NCBI RefSeq assembly: GCF_018350175.1
Contig: NC_058368.1
Coordinates: forward strand, 187,304,001-187,368,000
Source: Felis catus
Lineage: Eukaryota
Direction: 5' to 3'
Length of the DNA stretch: 64,000 nucleotides
Part shown: positions 49,501 to 61,500 of the stretch, piece by piece
Layout of the letters: the number at the start of each line of letters is the position of its first letter
Numbering within the stretch: position 1 is the first letter of the stretch
Notes under the pieces: model-generated
The model's database searches: none
Seen by the model: only the letters and a program-made list of their open reading frames with translations
What the model was told of the DNA's origin: nothing
Made by a program: the position numbers and the translations under genes

Positions 49501-52500
49501 TAATATAAATTTAATTACATATTATTATGAGAACTTACTGGAAAAAGAGGTGTGGCCAGGAGGAGAATAAAGGCAATGCAGTCCACAAACCAGTCCACCA
49601 GGCTGAATCCAGCCCACTACATGTTTTTGCAGGGATACTAAGAATGATTTTTATGTTTTTAAATGTGAAACGTGTAAAAGACTGCCTCTCAGCAAGAACA
49701 GTTGTTCAATTTTGCTTCTTGGCCACAGAGCTTAAAATATTTACTATCCGGCCCCTTACAGAAAAAGTTTGCTAAACTCTATTCTGAAAGATAAAGCTCT
49801 GGAAAAAGCCAGGTTTGTAAGGAAAGCCTCAATTGTATAGAGCTGTGCTGTCCAAAATGGTTGACACCCAGCTCTGCATAGGTATGGAAATTTAAAATTA
49901 AACACAATTCACCAGCTGCATTTCAATGGTCACGTGGGGCTAGTGGTTTCCCTCTTTGACTGTAAAGATATAGCACATTTCCATTATCACAGAAAAAGCT
50001 ATTTGACAGTGCTGGAAGCTATGTGTATATGTGTATTTCCATGCCCTAACCTCCAATTTTCTGAAACAACTTAGTTCATTAAATGGGAACTCAGTGTGAT
50101 TAAATGTTCCTCAACCAAAAAAACCCAGTCGATCCTATTTTCCTATATTCAGAAACAAAACTGAATACCATCCCTGTCCCTGGACACTATTGACAATCTT
50201 TGATGATTTAGCTGTCCAGACATTCTAGCAGTCTTAATATGGTCAGTATTTTAAGTTATACTGAGTTAGGAAAGTTATCAGAAAGATCTTAGTGCCAATG
50301 CTCCTGGGCCTTTTCCCGAGCTGTATTACCCTTGCTAAATCTCTACTTTGCTCAAATTCTCCATTTAGTCATTAGTAAAGTCCACTGTAACATTTGTGAA
50401 GGCCTGTTTTGTAAACTGTAAAGCACTGCTCAAGTCTCAGTCACTACTGTATTCCCAATACCTAATGTGCCTAGAAAAAAAGACACAATAAACATTTGTT
50501 GAATAATAGAGCTTCTTGTCAAAAAAGAAAAAACCTCTCTCAGGCCAAATAGCAATGACTTTTCCTATAGGACTAATCAGAGCATTGTAAAAGGATTTGA
50601 TTATATACAAATGGGGACACGTTAGAGCCACTCATGTAACACCATTTTCATTGTCATGCAGCAATTAGACCAGCAAAAAAAGTTACCTCATGACCTCTCT
50701 TCTTTCAGGTGATGGAGCAAACGATGTAAGCATGATTCATGCTGCTGACATTGGAATTGGAATATCTGGACAGGAAGGCCTGCAGGTATTGTTCCCCTCC
50801 ATTCTTCTTTCTACCCTAACTCTCCTTATTGGAGAGTTATGGAATTCCCCACAGTGTTGGAGGAATCTCTCCCCAAGAGCTTTGCAGAATTATCATCTTA
50901 GAGTTGGGGGGTGGGGGGGCTTCCTTCTTACATAACTTACTTCTTCTTACATAACCTCCATCACTATACCCCTGCTGCCCAGTCCCTCTGGTACAGAGAA
51001 AAATAGAAGGATGTTTGGCTTTTTATAGACAGCTGGCAATACCTGTATTCTAAAGCCAAAGAGTGCCTAACCATTCAGGTAGGGCTAAGCCTTCCTCTGA
51101 CTCCATATTTCCTCCCTGTAGCCTATACCCACATCCAAGGGTATAGTGCCCTCCATGAGCAGTGACAGATATAAGAACATTTAAAAATACAGTTCAAATG
51201 CCATTTTAGTCTTGATGGCTAGATTGACCTATAAATTGTTAGGTACACTTTAATAGACATACCTAAGTCAAAATTCAGCTTGGGACAAGCATATAACTTG
51301 AGCTACTAATGTCTCCCATTAAAACAAACCCCACCTTATCATTCTGAACTATTAACAATCATATTCCCACCTCTGGTGCATACAATAGGTATTGCCTAAG
51401 TTTGTTGATAAGGATGAAAGAACACAGTTACCTTTTGAGTATCTATCATATGCCAGCACTCTACTAGGCACCTCACTTGATATTCCAATTAACATGAACA
51501 ATCACAACCCCATGTGTTAGGAATTATTACTCCATTTGTTTTTTCAAATGAAACTTCATCTGGGAGAGGTTAAACAGTCTGACCAAGGATATATAAATCC
51601 TGACTCACACCAGGATTTATAACCAGGCACATTTCAATTTTATACTCTTAAAAGAGTACTAAGAGCTATGTCTTGTTCTAAGCAATCCTAAGGGCAGAAG
51701 ACATATTTCAGCTCCATGTAAAGGAAGAACTATCCAACCATCAGCTCCATCTAAGAATGGATCAAATGGTCTGCCACAGGAGGTGACCAAGGGAGTTGAG
51801 AGGTTTGAGAATTACTTGCACGGAAGCCCCTACTCTCTGGTTAGCCATCGTATCTCTAGCATGGTGCCAACACATTTTAGGCCATAGTTACTGTTTATTG
51901 GATAAACAGAAGGAGATGAAGGGCCAGACTAGACCAGTGGTCCCTTATGAGTTGCCTTTCTTGGATTCTAGTAAGGTTTGGCTTTTTCAGAAGAGAGGAT
52001 GGGGTGAACCACCCAAGGGTGCCACATAATTACAAAGGGTCTTTTCGGCCCTACCAGCTGTGGACCTAGAACAAAGCATGGCCCTTGAGGGAGTCTCTGT
52101 GGTTCACTGGCAGCTGTGGATAGAGGCTGATGTCTCTGTTCTGCCCTCTCAGGCTGTCATGTCCAGTGACTTTGCCATCTCCCGCTTCAGACACCTCAAG
52201 AAGCTGCTGCTTGTGCACGGCCACTGGTGTTACTCACGCCTAGCAAGGATGGTGGTGTACTACTTCTACAAGAATGTGGTGAGTAGCCCTATAGCAACTT
52301 CCCACCCAGGCCTTGGGAGGCCCAGCCAGGGACCCAGCTCCCACCACAGTGGTAGACAAACCTTTTCAGCATAAGGGAGTAAGTCAGGATGGCCTGGATT
52401 TTGAATCCTGAGACTGTCTCCTTCTAGCTCTGTGAACTTGAACAATGTAATTCATTTCTCTGAGCCTCAATTTCTTCTTTGGTAAAATGGGCTAAGACTA

Positions 52501-55500
52501 TTGTGTGAAGTTATTGTGAGCATTAGCAATACTGTATGGAAAGCACCTGGTACACAGAAGGCAGTATGAGTGGTTACAAGCACAGACTCTTGCGTCAATC
52601 TTATTTGGTTCAAATCTATGCTCTTACATTTGATAATGGCCTTACACCTTAGTTTCACCAGCTGTAAAGTGGGGATGATAAGAGTACCTTTCTTGTATAT
52701 TTGCTACAAGGATTAAATGGGTGCTTGTATATAAAGTGATTGGCACATAGTAATCACCTTATAAAGTTAGCCATTATTTTTTATTATTGTTACTATTGTC
52801 ATTACTCTTAGATGGGCTCCATAAATGAGATTTATTTTCTGACTGCAAGGAAGAAAGAACTCGAATAACTAGCCTGACATGTATCTGAGATTTTTCTCTC
52901 CCTATAGAGCCACCCCAATGCAAGAGCTATAGCCTATTCCTTGGGAGAGTATAGGTTAAGACCAGTCTCCTAGCTTCCACCTGAGACTCTATGTATCACT
53001 TCAACTTTGCCAGCCTTCCCAGCAAAGAATTCACAGAGGTCAGGATATTTAAATAAAATATCTATTAGCAAAAATTTTTTAAAGGGGGAGATCATCTGGA
53101 TTTTAGTTTTGCCTGACTCTAGCATGGTGTGTGAACTTGGAAGAGTCACTTAACCACTCTGAGCCTTGGTTTCCTCATCAGTAATATGGAGACACTATGA
53201 CTCCCTCTTCCCTAGAAGTATTATTTAAGAGGCTTTAGAGTCAGAGCTCAGGAAAGTATGTAACACTATAAAATACAATCCTAGGAAGATACCATTGTTT
53301 CTCCTGAAAAATAGTTCATTTCTGTCTTATCGATAAGGGCCCAAAGCAGGCACACACCAACTGAGGCATTAAAACTGTCAGCAGCTCTTGTTTGAAAAGT
53401 GGGGAGGTGGGGAGGGACAGGGGAACTGAGTTTTCATTACCTAGTTCAAGGACCTTTGAATAATCCCCAGGAGTCTGCAAATAGAATCCGATTCCTGTTT
53501 GCATAAGGAAAAGGGAGGATTAAGAGCAGGGTGGTAGAAGAAAAATGCATTAGCCAAGTAGCAGCTATGAAATTGCATTGTGTCCCCTTATTCCACTCTC
53601 CCAGTCCTGATTTAGGCATGTCACAGTTGCCCTTGCTCAAGAGTGAGCATTTTTGTGCAAAGTTCAATGTGTATGTAAATAAACAGCATGACAAAAAATA
53701 ATGTAAATTCGATAAACTGGATGGTAATATTCAGCAAGTCTATGCAAACAAGTCACTCTATTTAACTTGAAACTCACTCTGAGCATGAAAGACTGTTTAC
53801 TTAGAATTCAAAATGCCCATTTAATTTTTTTTCTTGCCTCCAAAGGAGCCGTTCTTTTGAATAAGCACAACCTCTTCTCTGCATTAAATTTGTGAAATAG
53901 AAAAGGAAACGTTTCCAGCCAGCCATGCTTTCAAAGCTTAAATGGTATTTATTTCCAGCCCGATGCCGTGCTCGAAATTGTGATACTGATGCGGCATTAT
54001 CTCCCCATTGCAATTAGAGGGTGGAGAACTATGACTTCCACATCCAAAACCAATTTCAGAGGGGATTAAAACCCTGCATGCTCTGAAATTTGAACAATGA
54101 ATTAATTACTGCACTGTAGCTACTTGGGAGGAAAACGCAGGCCCCAGTCTCCGTGAGGCTGTCACCAGGTTCAGTGGGTGCCCTCAGAGGCGCAAAGATT
54201 CCAACCAGAGGAAGTAGAAGCAAACAAGGTCCTAACAGGGCCTGCGGAGGAAGGAAACACTTCAGTGTTAAACTCCAGGGTGAGTATTGGGACAATAGAA
54301 CAGCAAAGATTTATTTCATTTATTCAAATCATCATTGAACAGCTGTGTCTGGAACCTTATCAGACACTGGGTATAGAGAATTAGACAGACGTGGTCCCTG
54401 CCTCATGAGGCTGACAGTCTAAATCAGGGCTCAGTAAGCTTATTCTGCAAAGAGCCAGATAATATTTTTAGTTTTGTGGGCCATATAGCCCATTGTACCT
54501 ACTCAACTCTGCTGCGGCCACATGAAAGCAGCTATAAGACAGCATGCAAATGAATCCATGTGGCTGTGTCCCAATAAAACCTTATTTATGGCTTGATTCA
54601 GCCTCCAGGAAGTAGTTTGTCATCTCCTCATCTTAATAAATCTTGCTTCTCAAAATGTGGCTCCTGGACTAGCACATTTGCATCACCTGGATGCTTATTA
54701 GAAATGCAGATCCTCAGACTGCATCCCAGGCCTCCTACCTCAGAATCAGCACTTTTAGTAAGAGTCCTGGATGATTTGTATGAACGTTAAAGATTGAGAA
54801 GCACTGGTATAGGGGAAGGAGATTAAAGTTTTACAAACATTTTCTTAGGCACATCTCCCTCAAAGAAGGTCAGGGTGCTATGGACATATCACCAGGAGAT
54901 TCTTGACCAAATAAATTAGACAATAACATTTAAGCTATGACCTAAAAGAAGAATTTGCCAGTTTCCCTGCCAAGAAAAAGAGGCTTAACAACCTGAGTCT
55001 TTACAATTTTATGTCATATGCTATATCTAAATCCAAAACGAGATGTACGTGACTTACTGTAAGAACGCAAAGCAATAGGGAAGTTACAAGAGAAATTTAT
55101 GAGTACAGACCAGAACCATAGAAAGAGAAGAGGTAGTTTGCACCAGGAACTTCAGATAAGATGCTAAGTATTAAATGTTTGGTTAAAACAAGCAGACCAG
55201 TTCTTCATGAGGAATACCCTCTCTTTGCTTTAAATGCAGAGATCAATTATTCAAGGAAATCCTTAGAAAAAGGTCACACAAAAACCTTCAGGAAACTGTC
55301 TTCAGTGGCATTTTTGTAGGAAATGAAAATTAACCTCCATATGGCCACTCTTTTTCTCTAACAACCCTTAATAAAAATCAATATTAAATTATAATTCAGT
55401 AAGAGTATTTCTATGGAAAAATGAGCAAGTGATATCCAAGCAGTGTTTTATTGCTTTGACTAGGGCTTAAAGCCCTTTAATACTGCAGTGTGTGTAGTGT

Positions 55501-58500
55501 AAGACAAGTTCAGTAAATGCTAGTCCTCCAACACCCAGGTCACCAACGTTCCCCATACCACCCTTGATTCCTGTAGTTTTTTTGGTACTTAGTACAACTT
55601 GGTACTGTTTGGCATAGCATTATTAACATTAACATCCACCGTCATCTACAGGGAACCTACCACATACCAGACACTGTGCTAAGAACTTTATGTATATATG
55701 TAACTATGAGAGATAAGTGTAATATAGGGGTTAAGAGAGTATGTGCTAGAACAAGACTGGGTTCAAATCCCAGCCCCACTCTGCTACTCAGCAGCAATAT
55801 GGCCTCAGTAATTTACTTAAGCTCTGTGTCTCAGTGTTTTCATCTGTAAAAGGGAGATACTACCTAATTCACAGGGTTATTGTGTGCATAAATGAGCTTA
55901 CATGTGTGAGGTACATAATAAATGCTCCATTTGTCCAGATTAAACTAGATGATGATGATGGCAGCAGGTGCTAACAACCCTGTGAGGTGGGGACAGTTAT
56001 CTCTCTATAGATCTGGTTGCTGAGAGCCAGAGGGGTTACCCAGGTCACATAACTAAGTACATCACAGAATCGGGATTGGATCTAGTTCTACTGTACTCCA
56101 AATTCCCCAGACTGAATGCCCTCACTACCATGGCACTCAGTGCCTCCTAGAGGTCTAAGAAGCCTGTTCTCCAGTGGTTGCCAAACTCTTTGAAGGCAGA
56201 GATCACTCTGATCCATGTTGTGTGTTGTCCACTGTCCAAGCATCTCTAGCACTGTGTCTCAACATAAACTGTTCAAGAAATATCATATGATGAGATCATC
56301 ACACTTGGACACAGAGCTTCAAACAGCCTCCGACACCAGCCAGGTTACTGCTCTCTTCCTCCCTTGGCTTTAGCCTACGTCTGAGGCTTGGGTGAAAACT
56401 GGGTCAAGCATCACAGCATCCACCAGATAAGATTGCACAAATTAAAAGCTGGAATTTGGAGAGATGAAGTTGATGGAGAGGAAAGACTGAGCCTTAGAGT
56501 CACAAGGACCAAATCTACATTGCAACTATCAGAGCATGGCCTATAACTGGCAAACTTCCTCCCTTGACATCCCTGGAAGAAACTGCCAATCACAACATTC
56601 TGTGTTCAGTACTTTCCCCACTTCTAGCACTTTAAAATGGATCCTACTGGCCTCTCATAGTGTAGAATCAAGGATTCTGGACATTAGTGCCGGAGACTGA
56701 ACTGTGATCTCCGATCTTGAATTCACTTTAACAAGTGCATCCACTTCCCACATCAAGTTCATGAGGATGGATTCTGCATCCAGAACCTCTGGATTTGAAC
56801 TCCAATTTTGTTACTTACTAGCTCTATGCCCCCAGCCCAATGACTTGACCCCTCTCTGAGGCTCAGTTTCCTAAATTGTAAAATGAGAGTAGTAATCACT
56901 ACCTCAAAGGGCTGCTAGGTAGATTTAATGGGTCAGAACATAGCTTAGCATATAGTATGTGCTTTATGTGTCTTTGTTCCTATTGTTATTTGCTGTTGTT
57001 GCTATTATTGGCCTCATCTGTAAGATGGTGTCCCTTCCAGCTCTGGTATTCTAGGGTACTACAGCCTCAAGTCACAGTTCCAGCCCAAGTGGCCAAGGGC
57101 ATTTGGTGTGGTCACTTAGCTCATCTGAGCCACTTGACCTACTCATGTGTAAGAGAGAGAAGAGTTATTATTTTTCCCATTTAGCTGAGGAGGGAGAAGC
57201 AAGACAAGATTCTCAAAGGGGAAAGAAAGTCAAAGCTTCATAACAGCTGCTGAATGATAGTATCAAGGGAACTTCAGTACTTCAGTTCTTCTTAAACCCA
57301 CCATGTCCAGTGCACAAGTGGTTGCTGTCGATCTGGAGTCTCAAAGTCTTCCCATAGTGCATTTCAAACCTACCTGTAGCTCAGTAAACAGAGACTGAGC
57401 CTTCTCCCTTCTTTGGACAGAAAGATGCAAGATCCAGGAAATCTCAGGGCATCAGGATCTCTTTCAGAGCCAGAAAACTTCCCACTGGTCACCAGAAAAG
57501 TCAAAGGATGGAGCTCTTTGGCTAGAAGCCTCTCAGTCAGCATTGTTATTGTAGAATCCAATAGGAGATTGAGAAAGTTTAGGAATGGTCAAAGAGGAAG
57601 GCTTGAAACTCAGATGCTGGTTGTGTGATTTTCTGCCTCTGAACTTAGGCAGGAAGTAACTGAGTATCTTAGAGCCTTAGGTTCCTTATCTGTAGAGTGG
57701 GGCTAATAATATTATCATTGAGATATAACACTAATATAATATGTACTATCTTTAGCAATAATCTTTCAACATGGGACAAATTATAAGGTCTATTGCACAT
57801 CTAATATACTATATACTAATATGCTATAATATATATCACACACCTGGCACAAATAGAAGCTCCAGTATAATCATTGGTGTCACTGATAATATTAACATGC
57901 TCATATTATTACATCCTTTTCAAAATAACACTAGTCTGGCAGTTAGGTTATGGGCATTATAGTTTGTACACAAACCTAAGGAACAATTTCTTACTATACT
58001 TTTTACCCTGTGTGCCTCAGCCACACAGGACATTCTGGTCCCAGCACTGGGAGCAGCAGCTTAAGTGATGACTTTGGTCAAGTCACCAAGCCACATCGCA
58101 GGGGGGTAAACAATACTAGTGATCCCAGCCCATCTCAGGTGGGCAGTCTTTTTTTTTAATTTAAAAAAATGTTTTTATTTAAATCCAAGTTAGTTAACAT
58201 ATAGTATAATAATGATTTTAAGAATAGAATTTAGTGATTCATCACTTACATATGATACCCAGTGCTCATCCCAACAAGTATCCTCCTTAATGCCCATTGC
58301 CCATTTAGCCCATCCCCCACCCAACACTCCACCAGCAACTCTGTTCTCTGTATTTAACAGTCTCTTATAGTTTGTCTCTCTTTCTCTGTTTTTATCTTAT
58401 TTTTGCTTCCTTTCCCCTATGTTCATCTGTCTTGTTTTTTAAATTCCACATAGGAGTGAAATCATATGGTATTAGTCTTTCTCTGACTTATTTCAATTAG

Positions 58501-61500
58501 TGTAGGTTCTAGTTCCATCCGTGTTGTTGCAAACAGAAAGGTTTTCTTTTTGATAGTCAATATTCCATTTTATGTATATGTGTGTGTGTGTGTGTATATA
58601 CATATACATATGTACATACGTATATACACATAACATCTTCTTTTTCCATTCATAAGTTGATGACATTTTGGGCTCTTTCCATACTTTGGCTATTGTCAAT
58701 AGTGCTGCTATAAACATTGGGGTGCATTGCCCCTTTCAATCAGCATTTTTGTGTCCTTTGGACAAATACCTAGTAGAACAATTGTTGGATCACAGGATAG
58801 TTCTATTTTTAATTTTTTGTTTTCCAGAGTGGCTGCACCAGTTTGCATTCTCAGGTGGGCAGTCCTGAGTGGAAAACAGCTTCAGAAACCATAAAGCAAC
58901 AGTTAAGGAGAAGATACTCTTCCTCACCTGTCTGAGTTGCATCACCATTAGGAATATATTGTGAGGAAAATCTCATGAAGTCATCTTCCCACCAGGCTTT
59001 CTGCTCAGGATCTGGTCTTTCTATCATCCCTTCCCTGGAACACCCCCTTCTCTTCCCACACTACTAATCGTAACTACTGCCTTTTGATATCCTGTGCCAT
59101 GGTCTAAGATGCTACTATTCCCATCTGAAAGATGGCAAAATGATGTTCAGAAAGGTTAAGTGATTTGCTCAAGCTCACACAGCTAGTAAATAACAGATGT
59201 AATCATTCCAAACCAGCCTTTTCTGCCTCCATAACCTGTGCTCTTAACCACCCCATTACACTTACCTTAACAAGTTGGTGCAATTCCCTTCAGGTCCCGA
59301 AGAGCAGTAATAGTAATTGTAGTAGCAGCAGCAGCTCTATGGATTAGTTATCTCTGATGCTTACACAACTCTGCATGTCACAAATGAGAAAACGGAAGCT
59401 CCAAGTCAGCATAGTGACTTGCCAGAGGCTTCTAAGCAGCGGTTGTTGACTACTGCCCATGGGTCCTCACTCACAAGGCCACTCTTTCTGCCTGCAGTGT
59501 TATGTCAACCTGCTCTTCTGGTACCAGTTTTTCTGTGGTTTCTCTGGCTCCACCATGATCGATTATTGGCAGATGATATTCTTTAATCTCTTCTTCACCT
59601 CCTTGCCTCCTCTCATCTTTGGAGTCCTCGATAAAGACATCTCTGCAGAAACACTCCTGGCATTGCCAGAGCTGTACAAGAGTGGCCAAAACTCTGAGGT
59701 AAGCTGGAGGGGCCTCAACTCCTCCCTGTCTCTGAATCCTCCCTGCAGGTGTCAGAGAAAGAGCACTGGCCTGGGGTTAGGGGCCCTACACTCTGGTCAC
59801 TACCCTGCCTCTTACCTCCTTTGTGACCCAGTAGCTCCACTCCCTGTTCCTGGTCTGTTTCGCATTTGCTGTTGAGGGCGATGGACCAGACCAGTGGGTA
59901 TTTTTCTTTTTTAGTTATTTGTTAATTAAGTAACATGGGACTGCCCTAGTTGAATGTGGAGAGGACATGCAGAGAGATCCCATTGCCTTCAACTGGGCCC
60001 TTTCTCCAGGCATTTGACAGAACCCCCAAGGCTTGGTTTGGGAACCCCTGGGATTAAAAGCTAGTTTGCTCATCACTGGGTGATAAATAAGGGCTTCTAC
60101 TCATGTTGGGGAATACAAAGCTTAGAACACAAGATTATACATGGTCTAGAATTTGCTGGTAGCCAGTAGACTAAAGAAGGCCTGGGAAACCATCAGGATG
60201 GTTTCCTGGAAGACAGAGGTCACACTGACACCCTTAGTGATTTGGAGAAGCCAGACCATGGGCAGTGAAGCACAAAATGAGAACACTGGTCTCTGAAGCC
60301 ACTGAGCCCTGTCTCTTGGGAATCTGTGATCCTGGGCTGTGATGGAGAGCTCCCTTTCAGATGCTATATAGAAACCTTAGAATCTCTAAACTTACCCATT
60401 GTGTATTAGCACTAGCATGGTGCTAATGAATGACAGTTATTGATAACTGAGCACTTACTAGGTACTACAGCACAACCACATTTAGATTTCTTGAAACCCA
60501 AGGAGATAGTTGGTGTTTTCATCCTTTTTTATGGAAGAAGAAGCAATTATCAAAGCAGTTTAGTGACTTTCACAAAATCATAAGGTTCGGGCAGAGCTGG
60601 GACTTGAACTAAGGTCTGTCACCCCCAGGTCTGTGTTCTTAATGGTCCCATTCTATTGCCTCTAAGATAAAAAGCATTCTAAATACCCTATTGTTTGCCC
60701 CAGATAGCACAAGAACATTCCTTACAAAGGCTTGCTTTGATGGTGGTTGATGTGTTCTTTCCTGGCAGTGCTATAACTCTAAGACTTTCTGGATTTGCAT
60801 AGTGGATGCGTTCTATCAGAGCCTTGTCTGTTTCTTCATTCCTTACCTGGTAAGTCGTATAGTCCCTTTCTAATCATACAAATCACAGAGTGGATCGCAA
60901 CTGGTACTGTGAACATGAATCCTAGACTAGTAGTGTCTTTCTGGATGATGCAGCACAGAGGATCCAAACAGGTGGTCTGCAGACTATATCTAACTCAGGG
61001 TATTTGAAAAATTAGAATTTTTTCCAAAACATCTTAATTTCTGTCACCTTTTAAAAAACTGGAAACTGTCATTACACTGGGTCATTTTTGCCACGTGGCA
61101 AAAATCCAGAATTGATTCACAGCCCTGCTTAGATTGGGTGCATGTTCTTCAGTTTGCCATAGTCCCTACCACTCCATTTTGTCTTATACCTAGCTCTCTT
61201 CACTCATTTACTATTTCTTTTTTTCAACGTTTTTTTTTTTCATTTTTTTTTCATTTACTATTTCTTACTTGAATATTGAAGGTATTTGAATTTACAACCC
61301 TTGATTTATATTTAGGTTTCTGCTTTCAAGGACAAGGCCGCACACATTCAGGAAATAAGTTCTGATAATAAAGGATACTACATTATCTGAAATAAAAGCA
61401 AGAATACAGATAGCAAGGGATACCAGCCCCATCTCAATTTGGTTCCCAGTTTGAAGACTGGGAACAAAGATAGCAGAATATAATCCGTATTTCTCCTGGA

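Noticed and set aside
25058..50955. Scattered two-unit micro-duplications (atgctccttaga near 25058, aaaattatcctcat near 25714, tagtgctcaata near 37306, cttcttacataac near 50924)
   Set aside because: Unrelated to each other and typical of neutral slippage indels.
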